Source: a virus
Strand: one strand, 5' to 3'
DNA length: 50,130 nucleotides
IMG/VR virus record: IMGVR_UViG_3300038701_001690
Coordinates: 1-50,130 of that record
Shown here: one piece after another, positions 23,204 to 29,828 of the stretch
How positions within the stretch are numbered: the first letter of the stretch is position 1
Layout: every line of letters begins with the position of its first letter
The notes under the pieces: generated by a model
What the model saw: only the letters and a program-made list of their open reading frames with translations
Told to the model about the DNA's origin: nothing
Databases searched by the model: none
Made by a program: the position numbers and the translations under genes

Positions 23204-23571
23204 TACCTTTTCCCGCCATTCTTCTCGCGGTTTTCTCTCTTGTGATCGGATCTGGTCTTGTTATACTCAAGCTTTTCAATGATCGCTCCTGATAAATCAA
23301 GTTCCATTTTACCGGCCAGATCCATTATGCGAATAACAGCGTCAGCAAGTTCAACTTCAATCATCTCTCTTTCAGGAAGATGATCATCCTTAAGGCCTTT
23401 TCTGTGACCTTCCATCGCTTCGGATATCTCAGAGTGAATCAAGCAAAGCTTTTCAGCGACGTTGAAATTTTCTGAGTTGTCCCACCATCCGGCTTTACTG
23501 GCTTGCTTGTGACAGTAATCTTGCAGATTGCCTAAGCCTTGGTTAATGATACTTTTAACTAAGTTGTCCAT
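23200..23571 (-). CDS. mazG: MazG-like nucleotide pyrophosphohydrolase
   Basis: HSEISEAMEG ... EVELADAVIRIMDLA ... KLEYNKTR, the all-alpha NTP-PPase motifs. Confidence 0.7.
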   Translation of the reverse strand: MDNLVKSIINQGLGNLQDYCHKQASKAGWWDNSENFNVAEKLCLIHSEISEAMEGHRKGLKDDHLPEREMIEVELADAVIRIMDLAGKMELDLSGAIIEKLEYNKTRSDHKRENREKNGGKRY

Positions 23572-23773
23572 TTAATCTCTCGTTTATTGAATAAGTTAAT
23601 CCAGATACGTAACCATCAGCCCATGCCAAATAGCTATCTTTACTATCAAGTGATTTTTCAGTACCGTTGACTTCAACTAATATTGATTCTCCTTCTACAT
23701 TAATTTTAACGCCGTTACTTAAGAGAATTGTTGATACATCTTTTATTATTTTTGCTTCTTGTTCTTTAGTCAT
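23555..23773 (-). CDS. Hypothetical protein (72 aa)
   Basis: ORF track. ATG start. Confidence 0.5.
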   Translation of the reverse strand: MTKEQEAKIIKDVSTILLSNGVKINVEGESILVEVNGTEKSLDSKDSYLAWADGYVSGLTYSINERLNGQLS

Positions 23774-23951
23774 TCGGCATTTCCCCTTTTATTTCACTTC
23801 TCATTTCTTCCATTTTCTTATGATCAGCACGCAACACATCAAGAAACTCTCCTTGGGTTAAGTTGCAATTATGATCCAATTTGTACTGAGCTAAAGCCAA
23901 CATGAAATTGGCCTTTTGCTTTGGCCTTACTGCGATATGGTCATGTTTCAT
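23766..23951 (-). CDS. Hypothetical protein (61 aa), first gene of the leftward early unit
   Basis: ORF track. AAGGA SD. Candidate promoter TTGTAA(24009-24014), 18 nt, TAATAT(23985-23990). Confidence 0.5.
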   Translation of the reverse strand: MKHDHIAVRPKQKANFMLALAQYKLDHNCNLTQGEFLDVLRADHKKMEEMRSEIKGEMPND

Positions 23952-24051
23952 AAATATTCCTTATTTATTTGAATGATGTTAAATATATTAAACCTTTAAT
24001 GTGCATTATTACAATACCATATTTAAAATATGTTAAACTTTTTTAAATGTC

Positions 24052-24093
24052 TTGAAATCTCTTATTTGGCGGTATATGATAGTATTGCAGTTC
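24052..24093 (+). promoter_or_regulatory. Early-class promoter with GCAGTTC box (recombination cassette)
   Basis: TTGAAA(24052-24057), 17 nt, TATGAT(24075-24080), 6 nt, GCAGTTC(24087-24093). Confidence 0.7.
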
Positions 24094-24113
24094 AAAAATA
24101 ACAGAGATGAAAA

Positions 24114-24341
24114 ATGATTGAAGATTCACATTTAATAGTACCAGAAGACGAAATGAATGAATTTATGGAAAGCTGGGTAAAAGGCTCTTCCGAAAAAGAA
24201 GGAATTCTTGAAATTTTACTCGAAACAAGGGCAGTAATAAAGATAAATGATTGGGACGGTGAAAGAGATCGTGTCAATTTCCTTTGTGACGGTCACTGTT
24301 TTGAAGATCACTTGAAGTTAATAGTAAATGGAGATTGGTAA
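24114..24341 (+). CDS. Hypothetical protein (75 aa)
   Basis: ORF track. First gene after the boxed promoter. Confidence 0.5.
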   Translation: MIEDSHLIVPEDEMNEFMESWVKGSSEKEGILEILLETRAVIKINDWDGERDRVNFLCDGHCFEDHLKLIVNGDW

Positions 24342-25234
24342 TGAGTACCGAAGTAGTAAAAAACAAGAAGAATGAAGTTGCTCTTGATGGAGCTGAAGAG
24401 ATCTTTGCAAACGCAGTTAAAAATTGTCATGAAATTTCAGCAATGGCAAACACAGCAATCAAGTCAATTAAGCTTGGTAAGGGGATAATGGAGCTTAGGA
24501 GCGCTCTTGACAATCCAGAGATAACAAATCTTATAATGTCGTTTCAAAATAACGGCTTAGGATTCTTAACAGATAATAGAAATAATGGTTATGCTCCACC
24601 AATTGTTAAAGATTGCGCCCTTGAAGCATTAACTGCCGGAGCTTTTCTACACGGAAATGAGTTTAACATCATCGCTGGCCGGTGCTACTTCGCTCAAAAC
24701 TTCTTTGTAAGAATGGTTAGAGAATATTGTACTCTTCATAAAATAAAGAGGCATTTCACTTATATTGAAAAGAAAACTGGCGCTGAAGGGAAGCAATCAA
24801 GGTGGGAGGTTAAAGCTCATATAACTTGGAAGCTTCCAACAGATCAGGAAAAGCAGACTTCCATTGAAACTTATAATCTTGTCGGTGTTAGCTCTGATCA
24901 AGTAATTGGAAAAGCTAAAAAGAGAGCTCACCAGTGGCTTTATAATGAGCTGACCAACAATAACTTCATTGCCGTTCCTGATACCGATTATGACATTGAT
25001 ATGGATGATATTTCCAAAACTGAAAAGCCAGAGGCAAACACAAATCCAGATATTGTTCAATATTTAATTGATAAGTTTGGCGCTCCTAATGTTTCTGGAT
25101 GTTTAAAGGATATGGGAGTTATGCAGGCAAATCAATCTTTTGATGATCTTAAAAAAGATGAACAAGCAATTTCATCATTGATTGCCGGAAGAGAATCTTT
25201 TGAAAAAGAAATAGAAGCATTCAGTAATATATAA
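24341..25234 (+). CDS. Putative single-strand annealing / recombination protein (RecT-like?)
   Basis: ATG at 24341 (TAATG overlap). Sits immediately upstream of a PD-(D/E)XK exonuclease. CALEALTAGAFLHGNEFNII shows weak RecT-like character. Confidence 0.35.
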   Translation: MSTEVVKNKKNEVALDGAEEIFANAVKNCHEISAMANTAIKSIKLGKGIMELRSALDNPEITNLIMSFQNNGLGFLTDNRNNGYAPPIVKDCALEALTAGAFLHGNEFNIIAGRCYFAQNFFVRMVREYCTLHKIKRHFTYIEKKTGAEGKQSRWEVKAHITWKLPTDQEKQTSIETYNLVGVSSDQVIGKAKKRAHQWLYNELTNNNFIAVPDTDYDIDMDDISKTEKPEANTNPDIVQYLIDKFGAPNVSGCLKDMGVMQANQSFDDLKKDEQAISSLIAGRESFEKEIEAFSNI

Positions 25235-25240
25235 ATAAAA

Positions 25241-25263
25241 AAGGCCGGAGTGGGAAGCTCCGA
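25241..25263. other. Intergenic hairpin
   Basis: GGCCGGAG(25241-25248) pairs with CTCCGACC(25256-25263), one mismatch. A6 lies upstream, which is a T-run on the minus strand. Confidence 0.4.
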
Positions 25264-25288
25264 CCTTCAAACCAAAATAGGAATTGTT

Positions 25289-26419
25289 ATGTTTAATGAT
25301 AAACCAATTTATTTGGAAAAACAATCTTCCGACATAAAAAAGGAAGAGGACTATTATAAAGAAAATAAGTTTTTAAGCTTTAGTTCGCTTAAGGCTATGT
25401 TCGATTGTCCATCTCAGCACTTATTAGGCGAGCCTCAAAGCTGGGACAAGGCAGAGTTTATGATAGGACATGGCGCTGAGAAATACGCTCTTGAAGGGCC
25501 AGAAGCTTTTGAAGATTGGATTCAAAACGGGAAGAAAGACGGTGAAGCGATAATTGACAAGGCTATGAAGCAACCAACAAAGGCTTCAATGGAGCTTTAT
25601 GATAAATTGCTTATTGCTATTGATTGGAGAAACGCTAATACGCAGTTAACTGGATTTAGGTTACAATTAAATAAAGAAGATCTTTTGACCGATGAAGAAG
25701 TTGAAAGGATTTCTAAAAATATAGAAGTTCTCGAAAACAAAAAACTTGCCAACGGCAAAAAGCCAACATCAGCACAATTGAAAGCAATGGATAAGCTTAT
25801 TGATGAGCATGGCGAAGAACCACCGATTAAACCACAACCAACTGAAGCTTCGTGGGTTAATATGTGCCGTATCTGTGGCGAAGCATCAAGGCGCTCTAAG
25901 TGGATGATGGATTTAGTAACTCACCCTGATACAAGATTTCAAGAGGCTATCACTATTGAGTGGGGAAGAACAAAGTTTAAAATGCGCTTGGATATAATTA
26001 ACCCTACACTTCAAATCATATTTGACTTTAAAACAGTTGGATATAAACTTGACCGTAACGGATGGAAAGTAGAAACTCTTCCTTCCGGCAAAAAGAAAAC
26101 TGTACGGATAAATTTTGTCGAAGATCAGCAATATTTACTTCAAGCAGGGATCTACACAGTCGGGGCATATGCTAAGTACGGGGAATTTTTCGACTACTAT
26201 ATAGGAGCAGTTGAGAAAGGCGAAATGCCACGCTTTGAAATCCTTTCAGTTCCCTTTGATGACATTCAGCCACATATGCAAAAGGTTGATGAGCAGAAAA
26301 ATCTCTATTACGATATGAAGAATGGCAAGATTAAGCCGTTTATGTGTGATAAACATACATGTAAGTATTGCGCTCCAAGACGAAGAGTAGATGAGCCTAT
26401 TTACTGGAAAGAGGTTTAA
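25289..26419 (+). CDS. PD-(D/E)XK exonuclease (RecB/Cas4-like) with Cys cluster
   Basis: ATG at 25289 (AGGA SD); the track start at 25250 is a GTG inside the hairpin. RLDII...DFK, QAGIY (QxxxY), CRIC and CDKHTCKYC. Confidence 0.65.
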   Translation: MFNDKPIYLEKQSSDIKKEEDYYKENKFLSFSSLKAMFDCPSQHLLGEPQSWDKAEFMIGHGAEKYALEGPEAFEDWIQNGKKDGEAIIDKAMKQPTKASMELYDKLLIAIDWRNANTQLTGFRLQLNKEDLLTDEEVERISKNIEVLENKKLANGKKPTSAQLKAMDKLIDEHGEEPPIKPQPTEASWVNMCRICGEASRRSKWMMDLVTHPDTRFQEAITIEWGRTKFKMRLDIINPTLQIIFDFKTVGYKLDRNGWKVETLPSGKKKTVRINFVEDQQYLLQAGIYTVGAYAKYGEFFDYYIGAVEKGEMPRFEILSVPFDDIQPHMQKVDEQKNLYYDMKNGKIKPFMCDKHTCKYCAPRRRVDEPIYWKEV

Positions 26420-26421
26420 TC

Positions 26422-26673
26422 ATGAAAGTCAAAGTTACTAAGCTTGAAAGATTAGGTCAAGTTAAAAAAGATGATTGCTTGGCTCTTGTATCAAAGGATG
26501 GCAAAATCATTCCGGCAAAAGCTGAACTTGTAAACTTTTCTAAATCACACAATGAAGAAGTCATTTATAATCTTGACAAAAATCATTACTTTATTGTGCA
26601 TATGCTATTAGAAGGTAAATCTCATATCAAAGAAGTTTTTATTATTGAGTTAAGTGAAGAGGTTAATCCATGA
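26422..26673 (+). CDS. Hypothetical protein (83 aa)
   Basis: ORF track. Confidence 0.5.
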   Translation: MKVKVTKLERLGQVKKDDCLALVSKDGKIIPAKAELVNFSKSHNEEVIYNLDKNHYFIVHMLLEGKSHIKEVFIIELSEEVNP

Positions 26674-26894
26674 GCTTAGATGAAAATGGGAACTTAGTTA
26701 TTCAGAACATCAGAGACATCTATAATTTAAGCCAATTAAAGAAGAGTGTATGCTTTAAGGATGGCAGGCCGATACACGGGAAGAAGTGCTTGAACGCTTC
26801 GTTTATTATTAACATGAACGGTATGCAGATACTTCAGATGATTAATAGTGGTTTAATAGTATACAACCCTAAGTCAAAAAAGGATAAAAAGTAA
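26670..26894 (+). CDS. Hypothetical protein (74 aa)
   Basis: ORF track. ATGA overlap. Confidence 0.5.
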   Translation: MSLDENGNLVIQNIRDIYNLSQLKKSVCFKDGRPIHGKKCLNASFIINMNGMQILQMINSGLIVYNPKSKKDKK

Positions 26895-26895
26895 A

Positions 26896-27201
26896 ATGGG
26901 TTATTATTCAAGTTTTGAAGAGATTTCCAATTTTAATGAAGATCAATTAAATGTATTAAGTGAAATATCAGGAATCGATTTAACTTTAGATCATTATTAT
27001 TTAGCATCTGATTGCAAATGGTATGAATTCGAGAAAGACTTAAAAGAACTATCCCTTAGATTTCCAGATACTCTATTTGCAATTGAGCGAGTAGGAGAGG
27101 AAAATCCAGACATGGAAAGAGTTTATGCCAAGAATGGAAAATCTGTTTCTCTTGTTGCTAGAGTATTATGGCCAGAATTTAAAGAGGATGATTTAAAATG
27201 A
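26896..27201 (+). CDS. Hypothetical protein (101 aa)
   Basis: ORF track. Confidence 0.5.
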   Translation: MGYYSSFEEISNFNEDQLNVLSEISGIDLTLDHYYLASDCKWYEFEKDLKELSLRFPDTLFAIERVGEENPDMERVYAKNGKSVSLVARVLWPEFKEDDLK

Positions 27202-27341
27202 AAAAGTGTGGGCCACTTTGCCTAATGTGTGATTGTGGTCGCACTTCCAATAAGTGTAAATTTTACCTTAATAAAATTCGAAGTATTCAAAAGTTGAAGC
27301 CACCAAAGAAAAAGAGAAGTAAAAGAGGTAATAAAAAGTAA
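27198..27341 (+). CDS. Cys-rich basic mini-protein (47 aa, below ORF-track cutoff)
   Basis: Hand translation: MKKCGPLCLMCDCGRTSNKCKFYLNK...KKKRSKRGNKK. ATGA overlap. Confidence 0.35.
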   Translation: MKKCGPLCLMCDCGRTSNKCKFYLNKIRSIQKLKPPKKKRSKRGNKK

Positions 27342-27374
27342 CCAAGAGTGTTGAGGGCTAAACACTGCTTAGGG

Positions 27375-27800
27375 CTAGGCTGTGATCATTCCGTTTTTTT
27401 TAGCGTATTTAGAAAGCTCAGAAATGATATTTTCGTAGCAATCAACATCGCCTTTGGTGAACACCTTGAAGTTTGACGGGAAGCGCCCCAGCCTTTTAGT
27501 AACTTCTTCTCTTATATAGTTTTTGCTCATACTGGATAAAAATATTACCTCTCCTTTAAAATTGTTAAGAGCATCAAGTATATAGGTTGCGTCAAAATTC
27601 TTCAACACCCAATCAATTACGAGGATGTGAGGCTTTTCAAAAGGTAACTGGCAATAGAAACTTAGACAGTCATCTACATTTTTTATTTTGACCTTATCGA
27701 GCTTTGCTTTTATGATGTGATCAAAGTAAACCTGTGATGATCTATCATCTTCTAAGTGCAAAACTCTTAATGATTTTGGCTTTTCTAGTAGCTGAATCAT
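27375..27800 (-). CDS. Stand-alone response-regulator receiver (CheY-like REC) domain protein
   Basis: LHLEDD (acidic pair), ILVIDWVL (phospho-acceptor Asp; compare CheY VISDWNMP), IFLSS, VFTKG (Lys). 141 aa with no output domain. Confidence 0.75.
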   Translation of the reverse strand: MIQLLEKPKSLRVLHLEDDRSSQVYFDHIIKAKLDKVKIKNVDDCLSFYCQLPFEKPHILVIDWVLKNFDATYILDALNNFKGEVIFLSSMSKNYIREEVTKRLGRFPSNFKVFTKGDVDCYENIISELSKYAKKNGMITA

Positions 27801-27801
27801 T

Positions 27802-28293
27802 TCATTTTTTTTCCTGTGTTTTTTCGTAAAGCTTGGCGATATGTTCCCTTATTTCTTTGTTTTGTTCTTTAAATTCTGCTTTCATCTCTTTGACTTCATC
27901 TTTCAAATTTATCTCTATTTTATCCAAACTTGCAGTTAATTCACTATTTAATTCGCTGAATTTATTGAAGATTGCTTTGATTTGATTGTTAGAAATAGCG
28001 TTTTCTTTATCGAGCTTGGTGACAATACCGTTAAGTTTTTGGCATTCAAGAGAAAATTTATCCATGATAACCCTCGCATTATCTCTATAATCTGAGAGTT
28101 TTCTATTTGCGCCTTCAATATCTTTTTCCCACTCCTTCTTGGCTGAATAAATAAAATCTTGCTTTCGAGACTTCTCTTTGAGCTTCCAAAATGCCATTAA
28201 AACAGTCATGAGAACAGACCACGCAAATAGGCCTATAGTTACAAAACTGCCCTCTGATAAACCTAAAAAATACATGGCCTGCTCTACCTTCAA
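27802..28293 (-). CDS. Membrane-anchored coiled-coil protein
   Basis: N-terminal hydrophobic helices (FVTIGLFAWSVLMTVLMAFW), then a long coiled coil with a single His (EIREHIAKL). Start is TTG 28293 or ATG 28275. The stop is coupled to the REC gene (TGAAATG). Confidence 0.55.
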   Translation of the reverse strand: MKVEQAMYFLGLSEGSFVTIGLFAWSVLMTVLMAFWKLKEKSRKQDFIYSAKKEWEKDIEGANRKLSDYRDNARVIMDKFSLECQKLNGIVTKLDKENAISNNQIKAIFNKFSELNSELTASLDKIEINLKDEVKEMKAEFKEQNKEIREHIAKLYEKTQEKK

Positions 28294-28317
28294 ATTAATT
28301 CATACTTTTAGAAAATG

Positions 28318-28346
28318 TTGTTACAAAAATGTAATAATATTATAAT
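28318..28346 (+). promoter_or_regulatory. Sigma70-like promoter for the Cro-like gene
   Basis: TTGTTA(28318-28323), 17 nt, TATAAT(28341-28346). The spacer contains the palindrome TTACAaaaaTGTAA. Confidence 0.6.
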
Positions 28347-28367
28347 GCCACTTTTTTCCTAAAAATC
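28339..28367 (-). promoter_or_regulatory. Candidate leftward promoter for the REC cassette; its -10 overlaps the rightward -10
   Basis: Minus-strand TATAAT is the reverse complement of ATTATA(28339-28344). Weak -35 GATTTT lies 17 nt upstream. Confidence 0.35.
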
Positions 28368-28422
28368 TAATTACGACTTTTTTAGTTTACCATATTGAAA
28401 AGTCATATAAAAAGTATTATTA

Positions 28423-28635
28423 ATGATTAATAACTTGAAGGTTTTTATGGTTTCAAAAAACTACTATTCCGATATTTCTTTTGAGCAGTTCAGGGAAATT
28501 ATCGATCCAAATAAAACGATGACACAGATTCAAATTGCGGATCACTTAGACGTTAGCCAAGCGTCAATCTCCTTATGGAAGAAAAACAATAAGATCCCCA
28601 AAGTGTTTGAAATAATAGCGAGGGGGAGAGTGTGA
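28423..28635 (+). CDS. Cro/XRE-like HTH protein
   Basis: MTQIQIADHLDVSQASISLWKKNNKIP is a typical HTH. Divergent from the REC cassette. Confidence 0.6.
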   Translation: MINNLKVFMVSKNYYSDISFEQFREIIDPNKTMTQIQIADHLDVSQASISLWKKNNKIPKVFEIIARGRV

Positions 28636-28856
28636 GGAAAAAAAAGTCTAGTAAGAACAGTTCTCAGATAATGAATAAAATTAGAAAGCTTTCAAAACTA
28701 CTAGACCGAAAAATTGAACACGCTGGAAACAACTTTGATTGTCAGATGTTTTTTAAGTATGTTGAAGATAAGGAGTTATTGACAACCATACGAAAGGGAG
28801 GTTATGTATCAGACCAGACCTTAAGACAAATGTTCGAGAGATACAAAATAAAATAA
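28632..28856 (+). CDS. Hypothetical basic protein (74 aa)
   Basis: GTG start (GTGA overlap) with GGGGGAG SD. Confidence 0.5.
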   Translation: MRKKKSSKNSSQIMNKIRKLSKLLDRKIEHAGNNFDCQMFFKYVEDKELLTTIRKGGYVSDQTLRQMFERYKIK

Positions 28857-28863
28857 TTGAATT

Positions 28864-28870
28864 GCAGTTC
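28864..28870 (+). promoter_or_regulatory. GCAGTTC box copy
   Basis: gaattGCAGTTCaaaGAGGaagtATG. TAAAAT lies 9 nt upstream. -35 is weak. Confidence 0.4.
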
Positions 28871-28881
28871 AAAGAGGAAGT

Positions 28882-29265
28882 ATGAACGAATTACAAACTA
28901 CTAAATTTATGGATATTGAAATAAGATATTCCAACGATGTTGAGCCCCTTTTTATGCTTGGCGATATATGCAAAGCTTTAGGCCTCACAAATCCAACAAT
29001 GGCAAAGAAATCTGTTTTTCCTGATTATATAAAGAAAGAGTTTTTCAAATCTGGCAACCGATCTATAAAAGCAAATGCATTAACTGAAGCCGGATTGTAT
29101 CAGTTGATTATGCTATCAAGAAAAGATGAAGCTATAAAATTTCAGCGTTACATATTTGAGGATTTGCTACCTAGAATCAGAAAAGAGAACTTCTTTGCCA
29201 ATCTTGAAGAAAATGAATCAACCATTCTTGGCAAAAGCTTTGCAAGGATTATGAGTAAAAGATGA
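28882..29265 (+). CDS. Bro-N domain protein (antirepressor-like)
   Basis: EPLFMLGDICKALGL...LTEAGLYQLIMLSRKDEAIKFQRYIFEDLLPRIRK, the BRO N-terminal domain pattern. Confidence 0.75.
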   Translation: MNELQTTKFMDIEIRYSNDVEPLFMLGDICKALGLTNPTMAKKSVFPDYIKKEFFKSGNRSIKANALTEAGLYQLIMLSRKDEAIKFQRYIFEDLLPRIRKENFFANLEENESTILGKSFARIMSKR

Positions 29266-29534
29266 CTGAAAAATTTTTCATCTCCCAAATGAAAAACATT
29301 GGCGAAAATGATATAAACGTTGATGAGGTTTGCGAAAGTTGGAATGATCTTTGGTATCTAACTCAATATAACGATGAATTTACACTTACTAAATTCAAGA
29401 GAAAAAAGTCAGATGAGAAAGAACTGAAAACAAAGATTTCACAGAAAGATGCCAAGGCAATAATTAAGAAATTGAATATGGTAAACGTTCCAAGCGGTAC
29501 TTTCACAAATTCTTCAAGGTGGATTAAGAAATGA
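29262..29534 (+). CDS. Hypothetical protein (90 aa)
   Basis: ORF track. ATGA overlap. Confidence 0.5.
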   Translation: MTEKFFISQMKNIGENDINVDEVCESWNDLWYLTQYNDEFTLTKFKRKKSDEKELKTKISQKDAKAIIKKLNMVNVPSGTFTNSSRWIKK

Positions 29535-29716
29535 CAAAAAAAGACGGCATAAGAAAAATGTCAGCGCATCTTAAAGAGTCATCCAGTAGTTTACAAAAGG
29601 CGACATTGATAATGAATGAGATCGGTTTTATCAACGCCTCTGAAGCCATGAATGAAATGGTTAAAGAAATAGAGAAATCAATTTTGATTGCTGATAATTT
29701 GACTGATTTGAAATGA
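29531..29716 (+). CDS. Hypothetical protein (61 aa)
   Basis: ORF track. ATGA overlap. Confidence 0.45.
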   Translation: MTKKDGIRKMSAHLKESSSSLQKATLIMNEIGFINASEAMNEMVKEIEKSILIADNLTDLK

Positions 29717-29828
29717 GCTTTGACAATAATAGAGATGAAAGCAGGAAGTAAAAACAATATTTATACCGGCCCTCCCCGCAACCAACACGAAAGAAGGAAG
29801 GATTAAGAAGACCGGCATTGTTTAAATT

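Noticed and set aside
24052-24093. The TTGCA within the box might be the -12 element of a sigma54 promoter
   Set aside because: No GG dinucleotide lies at the required 10-nt spacing upstream (the nearest GG is 17 nt away). Good sigma70-type -35/-10 elements are present instead.
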